Positions 20,531 to 29,337 of a stretch of 64,000 bases of DNA are shown here, piece after piece. The position numbers and the translations under genes are program-made. This stretch comes from Clostridia bacterium. GTDB taxonomy: Bacteria; Bacillota; Clostridia; Oscillospirales; CAG-272. The first letter of the stretch is position 1. Each line of letters starts with the position of its first letter. Location of the stretch: contig JAPXNL010000001.1 of NCBI GenBank assembly GCA_033808535.1, forward strand, positions 2,010 through 66,009, written 5' to 3'. The notes under the pieces were generated by a model that did no database searches, was not told the DNA's origin, and saw only the letters and a list, made by a program, of their open reading frames with translations.

Positions 20531-20662
20531 AAACATCCTCCTCTCAAAGTAAGCGCGCTTTCGCCGCTCTGATATTATTCTATGCGAGGCTTTGTCATGA
20601 GTGACTGAGTTACAGAAAATTGGAATGTTCTGTCCGACGACTGATAAATCACAGCTAAATCT

Positions 20663-21628
20663 TCAGCTCCTGCTGTTTCTGTAGGCGTCTATCGCGTGCT
20701 TTATCACCATCCGCTCGGCCTGCTGGGGATTCGGCGCGCTTATCTCGGCGCCTGCGGCTTTGGCATGACCGCCGCCGCCGAAAAGCCCGCAGATCTGATC
20801 GACGTCAACAGTGCGCCCGCTGCGCATTGATATTTTATACCTGTCCGGCGAGTTTGAAAGCTGTCTTATTGTCACCGCGAGCTCCACGCCCTCGATTTCG
20901 CGCGGGATGGAGCTTATCTCCCCCACGTCGTCATCGGTTATGTTATAGCGTTTTTTAATCTCGTTTGTCAGATTTACGACCGCAACCCCGCCGTTTTCAT
21001 AATAGCGTATGTTGGCGTAAACGGCGGACAGCGCCCGAACCTCCGCCTGCGTGCGGCTCTCAAACAGCATGTGGCTGCATTCCGCCATATCGGCGCCCGC
21101 CTCGCACAAATCCGCCGCAATGCGCAGCGTTTCTGCCGTCGTGTTGCTGTATCTGAATCCGCCCGTGTCAGAGCTTATCGCAGAATAGAGCGCATTGGCC
21201 GCACCGGGGGTCATCACGCCGCAGAGTCTGAGAATTTTATATACAATCTCGCCTGTAGCCGAGGCGGTCGGGTCGGTGAAGTTATATTCCGCGTAATCTT
21301 CCGACGTTTCGTGGTGGTCTATTTTTATATCTATGATCTCGTCGCCGAACCTGCCGAGCAGTCCGCGCGACGCAGAGTCAACCGAAATTATAAGCTCCGT
21401 TTCAAAATCGTCCGGGCAACTCTCGAACGCGGCCCCGCTTATAAACTGCAGCCGCGTCGGTATATCGTCCGCGCAAAGGCAGAATATCTGCTTCTCCGGA
21501 AACGCGTATTTAATTCCATATGCACTGCCCACAGTGTCGCCGTCGGGCCGGCGATGCATAAACAGCAGTATAGACTGCGCTTCGATTATTTTATCTGCAA
21601 TCTCCCGCAGAGTTATATTGTTTTCCAT
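20663..21628 (-). CDS. nrnA: DHH/DHHA1 phosphoesterase (NrnA-like oligoribonuclease / pAp phosphatase)
   Basis: RRPDGDTVGS, IKIDHHE and GGGHAKAAG motifs. Downstream of rbfA. Confidence 0.8.
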   Translation of the reverse strand: MENNITLREIADKIIEAQSILLFMHRRPDGDTVGSAYGIKYAFPEKQIFCLCADDIPTRLQFISGAAFESCPDDFETELIISVDSASRGLLGRFGDEIIDIKIDHHETSEDYAEYNFTDPTASATGEIVYKILRLCGVMTPGAANALYSAISSDTGGFRYSNTTAETLRIAADLCEAGADMAECSHMLFESRTQAEVRALSAVYANIRYYENGGVAVVNLTNEIKKRYNITDDDVGEISSIPREIEGVELAVTIRQLSNSPDRYKISMRSGRTVDVDQICGLFGGGGHAKAAGAEISAPNPQQAERMVIKHAIDAYRNSRS

Positions 21629-21681
21629 GTGATGCGCCGCTCCCTTTAGTCCGACTGTATAATTGTTCCGGAGTTACGGCT

Positions 21682-22056
21682 TTATCCTTCTTTGTTATCG
21701 TTGTCGGGTTTTTCTTTTTCTTCAATCTGCTTGAAAAGGCGGTTTATATCGTCGCCACGTTTAAGCGATTCGTCGTAAATAAATTTCAACTCCGGCGTGA
21801 CACGCAGGTTCACGCGCTGGGCAAGCTGGCTGCGAACAAAGCCCGCCGCGCTCTTCAGCCCCGCGGCAACCTCTTTCGGGTCAAATTCGCCCAGCACTGA
21901 ATAAAACACCTTGGCAAACTTGAAATCCGCCGAACAGTCCACGCCTGTCACCGAGATAAAAACGCTGCTTATGCGCGGGTCTTTTATCTCGCGCAGGATT
22001 TGCGATATCTCCACGGTGAGCCTATCGTTGACTTTATCCTGTCTGTATTGAGCCAT
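21682..22056 (-). CDS. rbfA: Ribosome-binding factor A
   Basis: 124-aa ORF with RLTVEISQILREIKDPRI...VTGVDCSADFKFAKVFYSV, typical RbfA. Confidence 0.9.
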   Translation of the reverse strand: MAQYRQDKVNDRLTVEISQILREIKDPRISSVFISVTGVDCSADFKFAKVFYSVLGEFDPKEVAAGLKSAAGFVRSQLAQRVNLRVTPELKFIYDESLKRGDDINRLFKQIEEKEKPDNDNKEG

Positions 22057-22101
22057 GTGTTTCTCTCCTGCATAAAATTGTGACTCACCCGCCCGCAGCT
22101 T

Positions 22102-23925
22102 TTACGCGGGCTTTGCCATCGTTACAAACTCCGTCCAGCCGCCGTGTTTGGAATATGCGGCTATCACGCCGGCCGACGGCTGCGAAATATAATCGAACAC
22201 AAACGGTATAACCACGTTGCCCTCGGTGTCTATCATCGCGCACTTGCCGCCAGTAAAGCCTATAACACCGAGTCCCTGCACAAACGGCTTGCATACGGTA
22301 TAAATCGGCTGCGCTATCCAATATCCCCGGTAGCTGTAATAGCCGTAGTACCCGTCCTTTTCAAGCGTCAGCACGCCGTCGGAGTATGCCACGAGCCTAT
22401 AGTTTTCGGGTATATCGAAATATGCCCCGTTTTTGTCTATAAGATAATCTCTGTCGATTGCGACGCGCTTCCTGAAATAATTGTCTTTTATCTGGCGGCG
22501 CACGCGCACCAGACCGTGGTCGAAGTAATACATGCCCAGATTTTCGGGCAGCTTTGTGTCCGCGGGATAGAATCCGTCGTATGACCTTCTGTTATCAAAC
22601 TCGGGCAGATAAAGTATCTTTCCGTACGGGTTTATTATAGTTATTCCCGATGTATCGATAAACTTCAGCTCGCCGTTGTAACCGACAACCGCAGCCAGTC
22701 CGTTATCCGAAAAAGTATACACGGCTTTATACTGCGCGTCGATTGCCACCCTGCCTTTTTCGTCTTTGAAACCCCACAGTTTTTCTCTGCGGTATTCAAA
22801 GACGGGTGGGTTTTCGACCGGCTCCGTTTGCGCCTCTGTTTCGGGTATTATCTCGGCTTCGGTAACCGGTTCCGGTTCAGCAGTCTGCTGCGGTACAGGC
22901 TTGCCGGTCAGCGGGTCGATGAGCGGCGTTGTGTCTGCCGGCTTCGTCTCGGGCGCGGATGTCTCTGCCGGCGGCTTTTCAGCCATTACCTGTTTTGCTT
23001 CATCAAACTCGTCCGCCGGAACGTTTGACAGCACCGTGACCGTTTCGTTGCGGCGCTCGTCGATTTCTATCATAACATAGACTACACGTTCCTGCGAATA
23101 CGGGTAGAGCTTTATATTTGATTTGGCATAATATTCGGGCGCATCAAATAACACGCCCGGTGAATAGTCGGGGTCGTAGGGTGTTTCGGCAAACACGCCG
23201 TCCGGACGGATTGCATAGTATTTTGAGCCGTATCGGACAAGCGGATTTCCGTTTTCGTCGCGGTCGTATACCGTATAAAACGGGTTTATATTATCGGCAA
23301 TCAGATTGCCCCAGCGGTCGTAAACCGTATATTGACCGTCTCCGTCGTCGTACACAACAAGCCCCATGTATAATTTAACTGTCGGGCGGTAAACCTCCCG
23401 CGTCTTATACTGGGTTTCATAGCCAAGCGAGGTTGCCACCCGATCGGTGTATTCCTCAATCTCCTTACGGTAGCTGTATATATTCTGATATTTGATTTTT
23501 GGCGTTACTATAGCCAGCTTATGAACAGAGGAGTCAAACGCCGCGCCGGTTTCGGTATAGCCCGCCGAGGTAAGCTCTTCATATTTACCGCAGCTTTCAA
23601 TAAACGAATTGTACGCATTTAAGAGAGCGGTTTTTTCGTCTGCGGTGGTTTCCTCTCTTCTGGTGGTTTCAATCCCGACGAGCGTTTCCGGATCGGTGAC
23701 AGAGCTGATGTTGTCGCCTGTCACCGGCATTTGCGTTTCCGTTGCGGAGCTTATTTCTTCCGAGTGAGGCTTCCCATTCGCCGTCGTATCCGCTGCCTTT
23801 GTTTCGCGCGGGATAAATGAAATGTCATATTTTCCGGCCTGATACAATATCAGCGCAGCCGCGATGAAAATCAGCACCGCAAGTACCAGTATACGCGCCG
23901 CGACAAGCTTAAAAAGTTTCATCAT
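22102..23925 (-). CDS. Membrane-anchored WG-repeat (KWG-type) protein
   Basis: N-terminal TM helix, a P/E/T-rich linker, then repeats such as LWGFKDEKGRVAIDAQYKAVYTFSDNGLAAV and GKCAMIDTEGNVVIPFVFDYI. Confidence 0.65.
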   Translation of the reverse strand: MMKLFKLVAARILVLAVLIFIAAALILYQAGKYDISFIPRETKAADTTANGKPHSEEISSATETQMPVTGDNISSVTDPETLVGIETTRREETTADEKTALLNAYNSFIESCGKYEELTSAGYTETGAAFDSSVHKLAIVTPKIKYQNIYSYRKEIEEYTDRVATSLGYETQYKTREVYRPTVKLYMGLVVYDDGDGQYTVYDRWGNLIADNINPFYTVYDRDENGNPLVRYGSKYYAIRPDGVFAETPYDPDYSPGVLFDAPEYYAKSNIKLYPYSQERVVYVMIEIDERRNETVTVLSNVPADEFDEAKQVMAEKPPAETSAPETKPADTTPLIDPLTGKPVPQQTAEPEPVTEAEIIPETEAQTEPVENPPVFEYRREKLWGFKDEKGRVAIDAQYKAVYTFSDNGLAAVVGYNGELKFIDTSGITIINPYGKILYLPEFDNRRSYDGFYPADTKLPENLGMYYFDHGLVRVRRQIKDNYFRKRVAIDRDYLIDKNGAYFDIPENYRLVAYSDGVLTLEKDGYYGYYSYRGYWIAQPIYTVCKPFVQGLGVIGFTGGKCAMIDTEGNVVIPFVFDYISQPSAGVIAAYSKHGGWTEFVTMAKPA

Positions 23926-24347
23926 TTATGGTACTTTAACCCTTTAGAGATGGTGAAAGCGCGATAAATCTGTTCCAGCAGAAAAACTCTTATCATTCCG
24001 TGCGGAAAGGTCAGCCGCGAAAACGACAGCCGCATGTCACATGCCGATTTCTCGACCTCCGTAAGCCCGTCCGAGCCGCCGATGACAAACACCAGTTCAG
24101 AGTATCCGCGCGTTGCGATGCGGTCAAACAGCTGAGCCAGACTCGGCGAGTCAAGCTCGTCCCCTTCGACACAGAGCGCTATTTTATACGCTTTTTTCGG
24201 CAGTTTCGGCAGCGCCGACTCGCCTTCCCTGATTTGTATCATCCGGAACCGGCAGAAGGCGCCGAGCCGCTTTATATATTCGTCGCAAGCCGTGTCCTGC
24301 CAGCGCTCGGACGTCCTGCCCGCAGCTATAACCGTTACTGTAAGCAC
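23922..24347 (-). CDS. rlmH: 23S rRNA (pseudouridine1915-N3)-methyltransferase RlmH
   Basis: 141-aa SPOUT protein with FVIGGSDGL....RLSFSRLTFPHGMIRVFLLEQIYRAF..LKGLKYHK. Confidence 0.85.
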   Translation of the reverse strand: MLTVTVIAAGRTSERWQDTACDEYIKRLGAFCRFRMIQIREGESALPKLPKKAYKIALCVEGDELDSPSLAQLFDRIATRGYSELVFVIGGSDGLTEVEKSACDMRLSFSRLTFPHGMIRVFLLEQIYRAFTISKGLKYHK

Positions 24348-24353
24348 GGCAAA

Positions 24354-26399
24354 TTAAATGTCGAGCTCTTTTACATACCGCGCGTTTTCCTCTATGAATG
24401 CACGGCGCGGCTCTACACGGTCTCCCATCAGAACGGAGAAAATCTCGTCGCAAGCCATTGCATCCTCGATAGTCACGCGGCGCAATGTCCTGCGCGCGGG
24501 ATCCATTGTCGTCTCGCTGAGCTGCTTGGGGTTCATCTCGCCAAGACCTTTGTAGCGCTTGACAATCACGCTGCTCGGATTATCCCCGCCAAGCTCTTCG
24601 ATATATTTGTCGCGTTCGGCTTCGGTAAACGCATACATCGATTTCTTGCCCTTTATCACTTCGTAAAGCGGAGGCTGAGCAAGATAAACATGCCCTTTTT
24701 CAATAAGCTGCCTCATGTGGCGGAAGAAGAAGGTGAGCAGCAGTATGCGTATGTGCGAGCCGTCGACATCGGCGTCGGCCATTATTATTATCTTTCCGTA
24801 GCGCAGCTTTGTAATGTCAAAATCCTCGCCTATGCCGCAGCCGAGCGCCTTGATTATCGGAACGAGATGGGTGTTTGTATATATCTTGTCAAGCCGGCTT
24901 TTCTCGACGTTTAGCACCTTGCCGCGCAGCGGCAGTATCGCCTGGAACCGGCTGAACCGCCCGTCCTTTGCCGAACCGCCTGCGGAGTTACCCTCCACTA
25001 AAAACAGCTCGGTGACGTCGACACGCTTTTCCTGACAGTCCCAAAGCCTGCCGGGCAGCGAAGCTCCGTCAAGCGGACCCTTGCGGCTCAGCTCGCGCGC
25101 CTTTCGCGCCGCCTCGCGGGCGCGGCAGGCTGCCATAGCTTTATCAAGTATCGCACGCGCAACCCCGGGATGCTCCTCAAAATACTCCGCGAGCTTTTCC
25201 GATACAAGCGAATCCACAAATGCGCGCATTTCGCTGTTCCCGAGCTTGGATTTTGTCTGGCCCTCAAACTGCGCGTCGCGCAGCTTGACGCTGACGACCG
25301 CGCAAAGACCCTCGCGCACATCTTCGCCCGACAGCTTTTTTTCGTCGTCTTTGAGGTATCCGAGCTTGCGCGCATATTCGTTTGCAACCTTTGTCAGCGC
25401 CGTTTTGAATCCCGTTTCGTGCGTACCGCCCTCGCGGGTGTTGATGTTGTTGGCAAACGTAAACAGCGTTTCGTTGTAGGTGTCGTTGTACTGCATAGCA
25501 ACTTCCGCTACATACGAATCGCGAGCCGCCTTCATATAAATGACGTCGGGATGGATTACTTCGCAGTGTTTGATTGCGTTAAGGTGCTCGACAAAGCTTA
25601 TTATGCCGCCCTCGTAGCAGAGCGTATTTTCGATTATGCCGCTGTCACCCGAATTTTTTATCGCTTCAAGGATCTGTTCTGCGCTTTCAAGTTTTTCTTC
25701 GGCAGTTCCGGATTCATCTTCTTCGCCGTCGTCGATTTTCCCGGCGGCTGCGGAAGAGTCCTCAAGTTTGCGCTCGTCGCGTAGCGTGATTTTTACTCCG
25801 GCATTGAGAAACGCCTGCTCGCGCATGCGGTTGAGCAGCGTCGCATAGTCAAAAACCGTTTCCTCAAATATCTGCGCATCGGGTTTGAATCGCACCGTCA
25901 GACCGTGGCGGTCGGTTTCGCCCTGCTTTTTGTACGGCACGACGACTTTTCCGCGCTCGAACCGCTGCATGTAGCATTGACCTTCGTAGCAGTCCTCGTA
26001 TTCGAGCCATTCGGATAGCGCGTTTACCACCGACGCGCCTACGCCGTGCAGGCCTCCCGATATATTATATCCGTTTCCGCCGAATTTACCGCCGGCGTGG
26101 AGTACAGTGAACACGACTTCCGGCGTGGGTGTGCCCATCTTATGGTGTATCCCCGTGGGTATACCGCGGCCGTTGTCGCTCACCGACACGCTTCCGTCGG
26201 AATGGAGCGTTATTTTAATTTCTGAGCACGCCCCGGCCAGCGCTTCGTCAATTGAGTTGTCAACTATCTCATAAACAAGATGATGCAGGCCGCTCGCAGA
26301 CGTCGAGCCTATATACATGCCCGGACGTTTGCGGACTGCCTCCAGTCCCTCAAGTACCTGAATCTGGTTTTCGTCGTAAGCCTGGTGAATTTCTGCCAT
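24354..26399 (-). CDS. gyrB: DNA gyrase subunit B
   Basis: 681-aa ORF with YDENQIQVLEGLEAVRKRPGMYIG, DNGRGIP, Toprim EGNSAGGSAK and PLRGKVLNVE. Confidence 0.97.
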   Translation of the reverse strand: MAEIHQAYDENQIQVLEGLEAVRKRPGMYIGSTSASGLHHLVYEIVDNSIDEALAGACSEIKITLHSDGSVSVSDNGRGIPTGIHHKMGTPTPEVVFTVLHAGGKFGGNGYNISGGLHGVGASVVNALSEWLEYEDCYEGQCYMQRFERGKVVVPYKKQGETDRHGLTVRFKPDAQIFEETVFDYATLLNRMREQAFLNAGVKITLRDERKLEDSSAAAGKIDDGEEDESGTAEEKLESAEQILEAIKNSGDSGIIENTLCYEGGIISFVEHLNAIKHCEVIHPDVIYMKAARDSYVAEVAMQYNDTYNETLFTFANNINTREGGTHETGFKTALTKVANEYARKLGYLKDDEKKLSGEDVREGLCAVVSVKLRDAQFEGQTKSKLGNSEMRAFVDSLVSEKLAEYFEEHPGVARAILDKAMAACRAREAARKARELSRKGPLDGASLPGRLWDCQEKRVDVTELFLVEGNSAGGSAKDGRFSRFQAILPLRGKVLNVEKSRLDKIYTNTHLVPIIKALGCGIGEDFDITKLRYGKIIIMADADVDGSHIRILLLTFFFRHMRQLIEKGHVYLAQPPLYEVIKGKKSMYAFTEAERDKYIEELGGDNPSSVIVKRYKGLGEMNPKQLSETTMDPARRTLRRVTIEDAMACDEIFSVLMGDRVEPRRAFIEENARYVKELDI

Positions 26400-26449
26400 A
26401 AATTTATAGTTGCCTTCCTGTTCGTAACATAACGGCGATTTTTGTTTTA

Positions 26450-26698
26450 TCAGCTGTCAGTTCTGCGGCTTCTGCCGAGCAGAGCCGATGTCGAGAGCTG
26501 AGAAAGCCAGACCTCGCCGCCTTTTGTCAGCACAAATGATTTCGGCAGCTCGTCGCTGGCCGAAAACAGTTTATTTTCATGCTGTTTCTGTTTTAAAAAC
26601 TCTTTTGTCATTACTGAAACTGTCGCAGTGTCGGAATCAAAGATCCCGACCACATCGCGCTGCCTTATGTTTTTATTGTTGCCTATATGAAGATACAT
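26450..26698 (-). CDS. remB: DUF370 protein (RemB/YaaB-like)
   Basis: 82-aa ORF with MYLHIGNNKNIRQRDVVGIFD..., in the recF-[DUF370]-gyrB position as in B. subtilis. Confidence 0.8.
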   Translation of the reverse strand: MYLHIGNNKNIRQRDVVGIFDSDTATVSVMTKEFLKQKQHENKLFSASDELPKSFVLTKGGEVWLSQLSTSALLGRSRRTDS

Positions 26699-26719
26699 AA
26701 ATCATCTCCGCTGCATTGT

Positions 26720-27802
26720 TTATATCTCGCGTATTTCCCCGCCGGATACCGAAAAAATCTTCGCCCCCTCAGCCGGAACGCGGTCGCAGGACGTAATGAC
26801 TACCTGCCTGTCACAAAGACCGCGCGCGAGATATGATTTTCGTGCGTCGTCAAGCTCGCTGAATATATCGTCGAGCAGAAACACCGGGTATTCGCCTGTC
26901 ACCTCTTTGGAAAGCAGCCCCTCTGCCAGTTTCATTGCAAGCGCGATGCTGCGCTGCTGACCCTGCGACGAAAATGCGCGCGCCACACGGCCGACAAGCG
27001 TGATTTCAATATCATCGCGCTGCGCCCCGTAAAGCGTTGTGCCCATGCGTATCTCACGCTCCACGTTTGACGACAGCAGCTGCAGGTATTCCTCCTCGCT
27101 GCGCACTCTGTCGTATCTCAGCTCAGCCTTTTCTCGGCCACCGGTCATATCGGATAATAGTGCGCGAACCACGCTGTCAAGCCGCTGTACATATTCGCAT
27201 CTTTTCGCCGCGACTTTCGCAGATGTTGCCGCAAGCTGCTCCGACCATATGCCCAACGTATCAATGTTAACCTTTTCGTCGCAGCCTTTGAGCGATGCTG
27301 CACGCAGCAGCGCGTTGCGCTGCGCGAGAATGTCGTTGTGTCGCTGGAGCAGCGACACATACGCCGGATAAAGCTGCGAGAGTGCCGCGTCCACAAACTG
27401 CCTTCGCACCGACGGTCCGTCGGAGACAAGCCGCAGATCCTGCGGGCAGAACAGCACCGCACGGAACGCTCCGATAAACTCCGAGAGCTTTGTTATATCC
27501 ACTCCGTTCAGCCTGCAAAGCCGCTTTTTTCTGGATAAATCAATCCGGCATGTCGCCTCGCTTGAGCGTCTGGCGTCTGTAAATTTGATCGCCAGCGAAG
27601 CACAGCTGCAGCCGAAACGGACCAGTTCCGAGTCGTGCCGAGTGCGAAACGAGCGTCCCTGCGCGAAATAATGCATACCCTCGAGCGCAGAGGTTTTTCC
27701 TGCGCCGTTTTCGCCGATGAAAATGTTTGCGCCATCTGAGAGCGTCACAGTTGCGGAAGCGATATTGCGAAAGTCCCTGTACTCGACGGTGTCGATGCGC
27801 AT
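26720..27802 (-). CDS. recF: DNA replication and repair protein RecF
   Basis: Walker A GENGAGKTS, signature and Walker B (FLLDDIFSELD). dnaN-recF synteny. Confidence 0.93.
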   Translation of the reverse strand: MRIDTVEYRDFRNIASATVTLSDGANIFIGENGAGKTSALEGMHYFAQGRSFRTRHDSELVRFGCSCASLAIKFTDARRSSEATCRIDLSRKKRLCRLNGVDITKLSEFIGAFRAVLFCPQDLRLVSDGPSVRRQFVDAALSQLYPAYVSLLQRHNDILAQRNALLRAASLKGCDEKVNIDTLGIWSEQLAATSAKVAAKRCEYVQRLDSVVRALLSDMTGGREKAELRYDRVRSEEEYLQLLSSNVEREIRMGTTLYGAQRDDIEITLVGRVARAFSSQGQQRSIALAMKLAEGLLSKEVTGEYPVFLLDDIFSELDDARKSYLARGLCDRQVVITSCDRVPAEGAKIFSVSGGEIREI

Positions 27803-27804
27803 TG

Positions 27805-28953
27805 TTATTTCATCCGGGTCGGCAGTATGAGATAAAGGTATCTGTTGTCGCTATCAACCAAAAGCGGCTCGATAACCATGCTCATAAGCGGCGAGTTGAG
27901 TGAAACCGAAAGCTCGCCCGGATCGCAGGCGCGTATCACCTCGATAAGATAACGGCAGTTGAAGCCGATCTCTATATCGTCGCCGTCTTTTTCGATCCCG
28001 ATCTCGTCGTAAAATCTGCCGGTCGACGAAGATGTAGTTAAAATCAGCTTGTCTTCAGTGAAGTTGCAGCGAAGCGGCGTTTTGGTCTCGCCCTTCTGAA
28101 TGTTCTCTGTTATCAGCAGAGCGCGCTCAAGACTCTGAAGCAGCCTTTCGCTGTTGAGTTTAACGTTAATTGCAAAGCTTGTCGGTATAAAGCGCGTATA
28201 GTCGATGAATTCCTTATCCAGGACGCGCGTGAAGAACACCGTGTTGTCACAGGTGAAAATTATATGCTTGCGCCCAAGCTTGATTGAAACGATTCCTTCT
28301 GAGTTGCCTAGCAGGCGGGTCAGCTCGGGAAGCGTTTTTGCCGGGATTGTAAACGAAGTGTTTATTGCCTCTCCGCTATTTTCGAGCTCGCATACGCGCT
28401 CAACAAGCGCGATGCGGTTGCGGTCGCTTGATACCATCCTGATGCGGTTGCCTTCAATCTCGACGTATAGGCCGTTGAGCTCTGCTCTCGGGTCATTGTC
28501 GGGCACGGCGAAGTCCGATTTTTTTATCAACTGCGTCAGATCCGCGCGCTTGATGCCAAAGCCCTGATCGCCGTCGAGCTCGGGCAGGTTTGGAAAATCC
28601 TCGCCGTCGAGCGCCTGAAGCTGAAACTCCGATTTGCCGCTGTATATGCGCGTTATGTTGCGGGCGCCAACCTCTATGGCAATTTTGCCCGCCGGCATGG
28701 TTTTTATTATCTGGCTCAGCTTGACGGCGTTTATTATATAGCAGCCGGGCTCCTCAACATCAGCGGAGACGGTGACCCGCATGCCTTTTTCCATGTCAAA
28801 GCCGGAAAGCACGCAGAATCCGTTTTCCTCCGCTTTGATCTGTATGCCCTCGAGCGCCACTATCGTATTGTTTTTAAGCGTTACTCCGGTCAGCGGAGTT
28901 ACGGCCGAATCAAGTTCGTCGTGATCAAAAATTACTTTCATGTTAATTGCCAC
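27805..28953 (-). CDS. dnaN: DNA polymerase III beta sliding clamp
   Basis: 382-aa three-domain clamp directly downstream of dnaA/oriC. Start is either GTG 28953 or ATG 28941 (MKVIFD...). Confidence 0.92.
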   Translation of the reverse strand: MAINMKVIFDHDELDSAVTPLTGVTLKNNTIVALEGIQIKAEENGFCVLSGFDMEKGMRVTVSADVEEPGCYIINAVKLSQIIKTMPAGKIAIEVGARNITRIYSGKSEFQLQALDGEDFPNLPELDGDQGFGIKRADLTQLIKKSDFAVPDNDPRAELNGLYVEIEGNRIRMVSSDRNRIALVERVCELENSGEAINTSFTIPAKTLPELTRLLGNSEGIVSIKLGRKHIIFTCDNTVFFTRVLDKEFIDYTRFIPTSFAINVKLNSERLLQSLERALLITENIQKGETKTPLRCNFTEDKLILTTSSSTGRFYDEIGIEKDGDDIEIGFNCRYLIEVIRACDPGELSVSLNSPLMSMVIEPLLVDSDNRYLYLILPTRMK

Positions 28954-29337
28954 GCATCCGCGCCGGCACGCGAGTTATATCACGCTGCAGTCGCGGAGAC
29001 CTTTCTGTTGTTTTTAAAGTAATTGGGGCTTGCCTGGATATGTTTTATTCTGCGTTTCGCAGCATGTCGTTAAACGATATCATTGATATAATATAAAATA
29101 ATTATAATATACGGATTAGCAGGAGCAGCAGTAGGGGGTGTGGAAACTGTTGATATTGCGGTTTTCCGTCCTTACACGCCGTTTTTTCGGGTACCTTTCG
29201 GCGCGGATGGCTGTTGAAATCATGTAGGCGCGCTGTGTATCTGGACGCTGCTTCAAACTGCCAGTCTGCTGCATGAGAAGGTTATGCACAGATTGTCAAC
29301 TCCACACCCAACATGTAATTGTGGAAAACCGCGGCAG
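28954..29337. other. Chromosomal replication origin (oriC, dnaA-dnaN spacer)
   Basis: Relaxed DnaA boxes at 29320-29328 (rc TTTTCCACA), 29282-29290 (TTATGCACA) and 29139-29147 (rc GTTTCCACA), plus weaker ones at 29234-29242 and 29298-29306. Next come GGGG, six consecutive xAG trinucleotides (29117-29134: TAG CAG GAG CAG CAG TAG), and an AT-rich stretch at 29068-29112. The order on the dnaA strand (boxes, GC, trios, AT-rich, dnaN) matches B. subtilis oriC. Confidence 0.7.
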
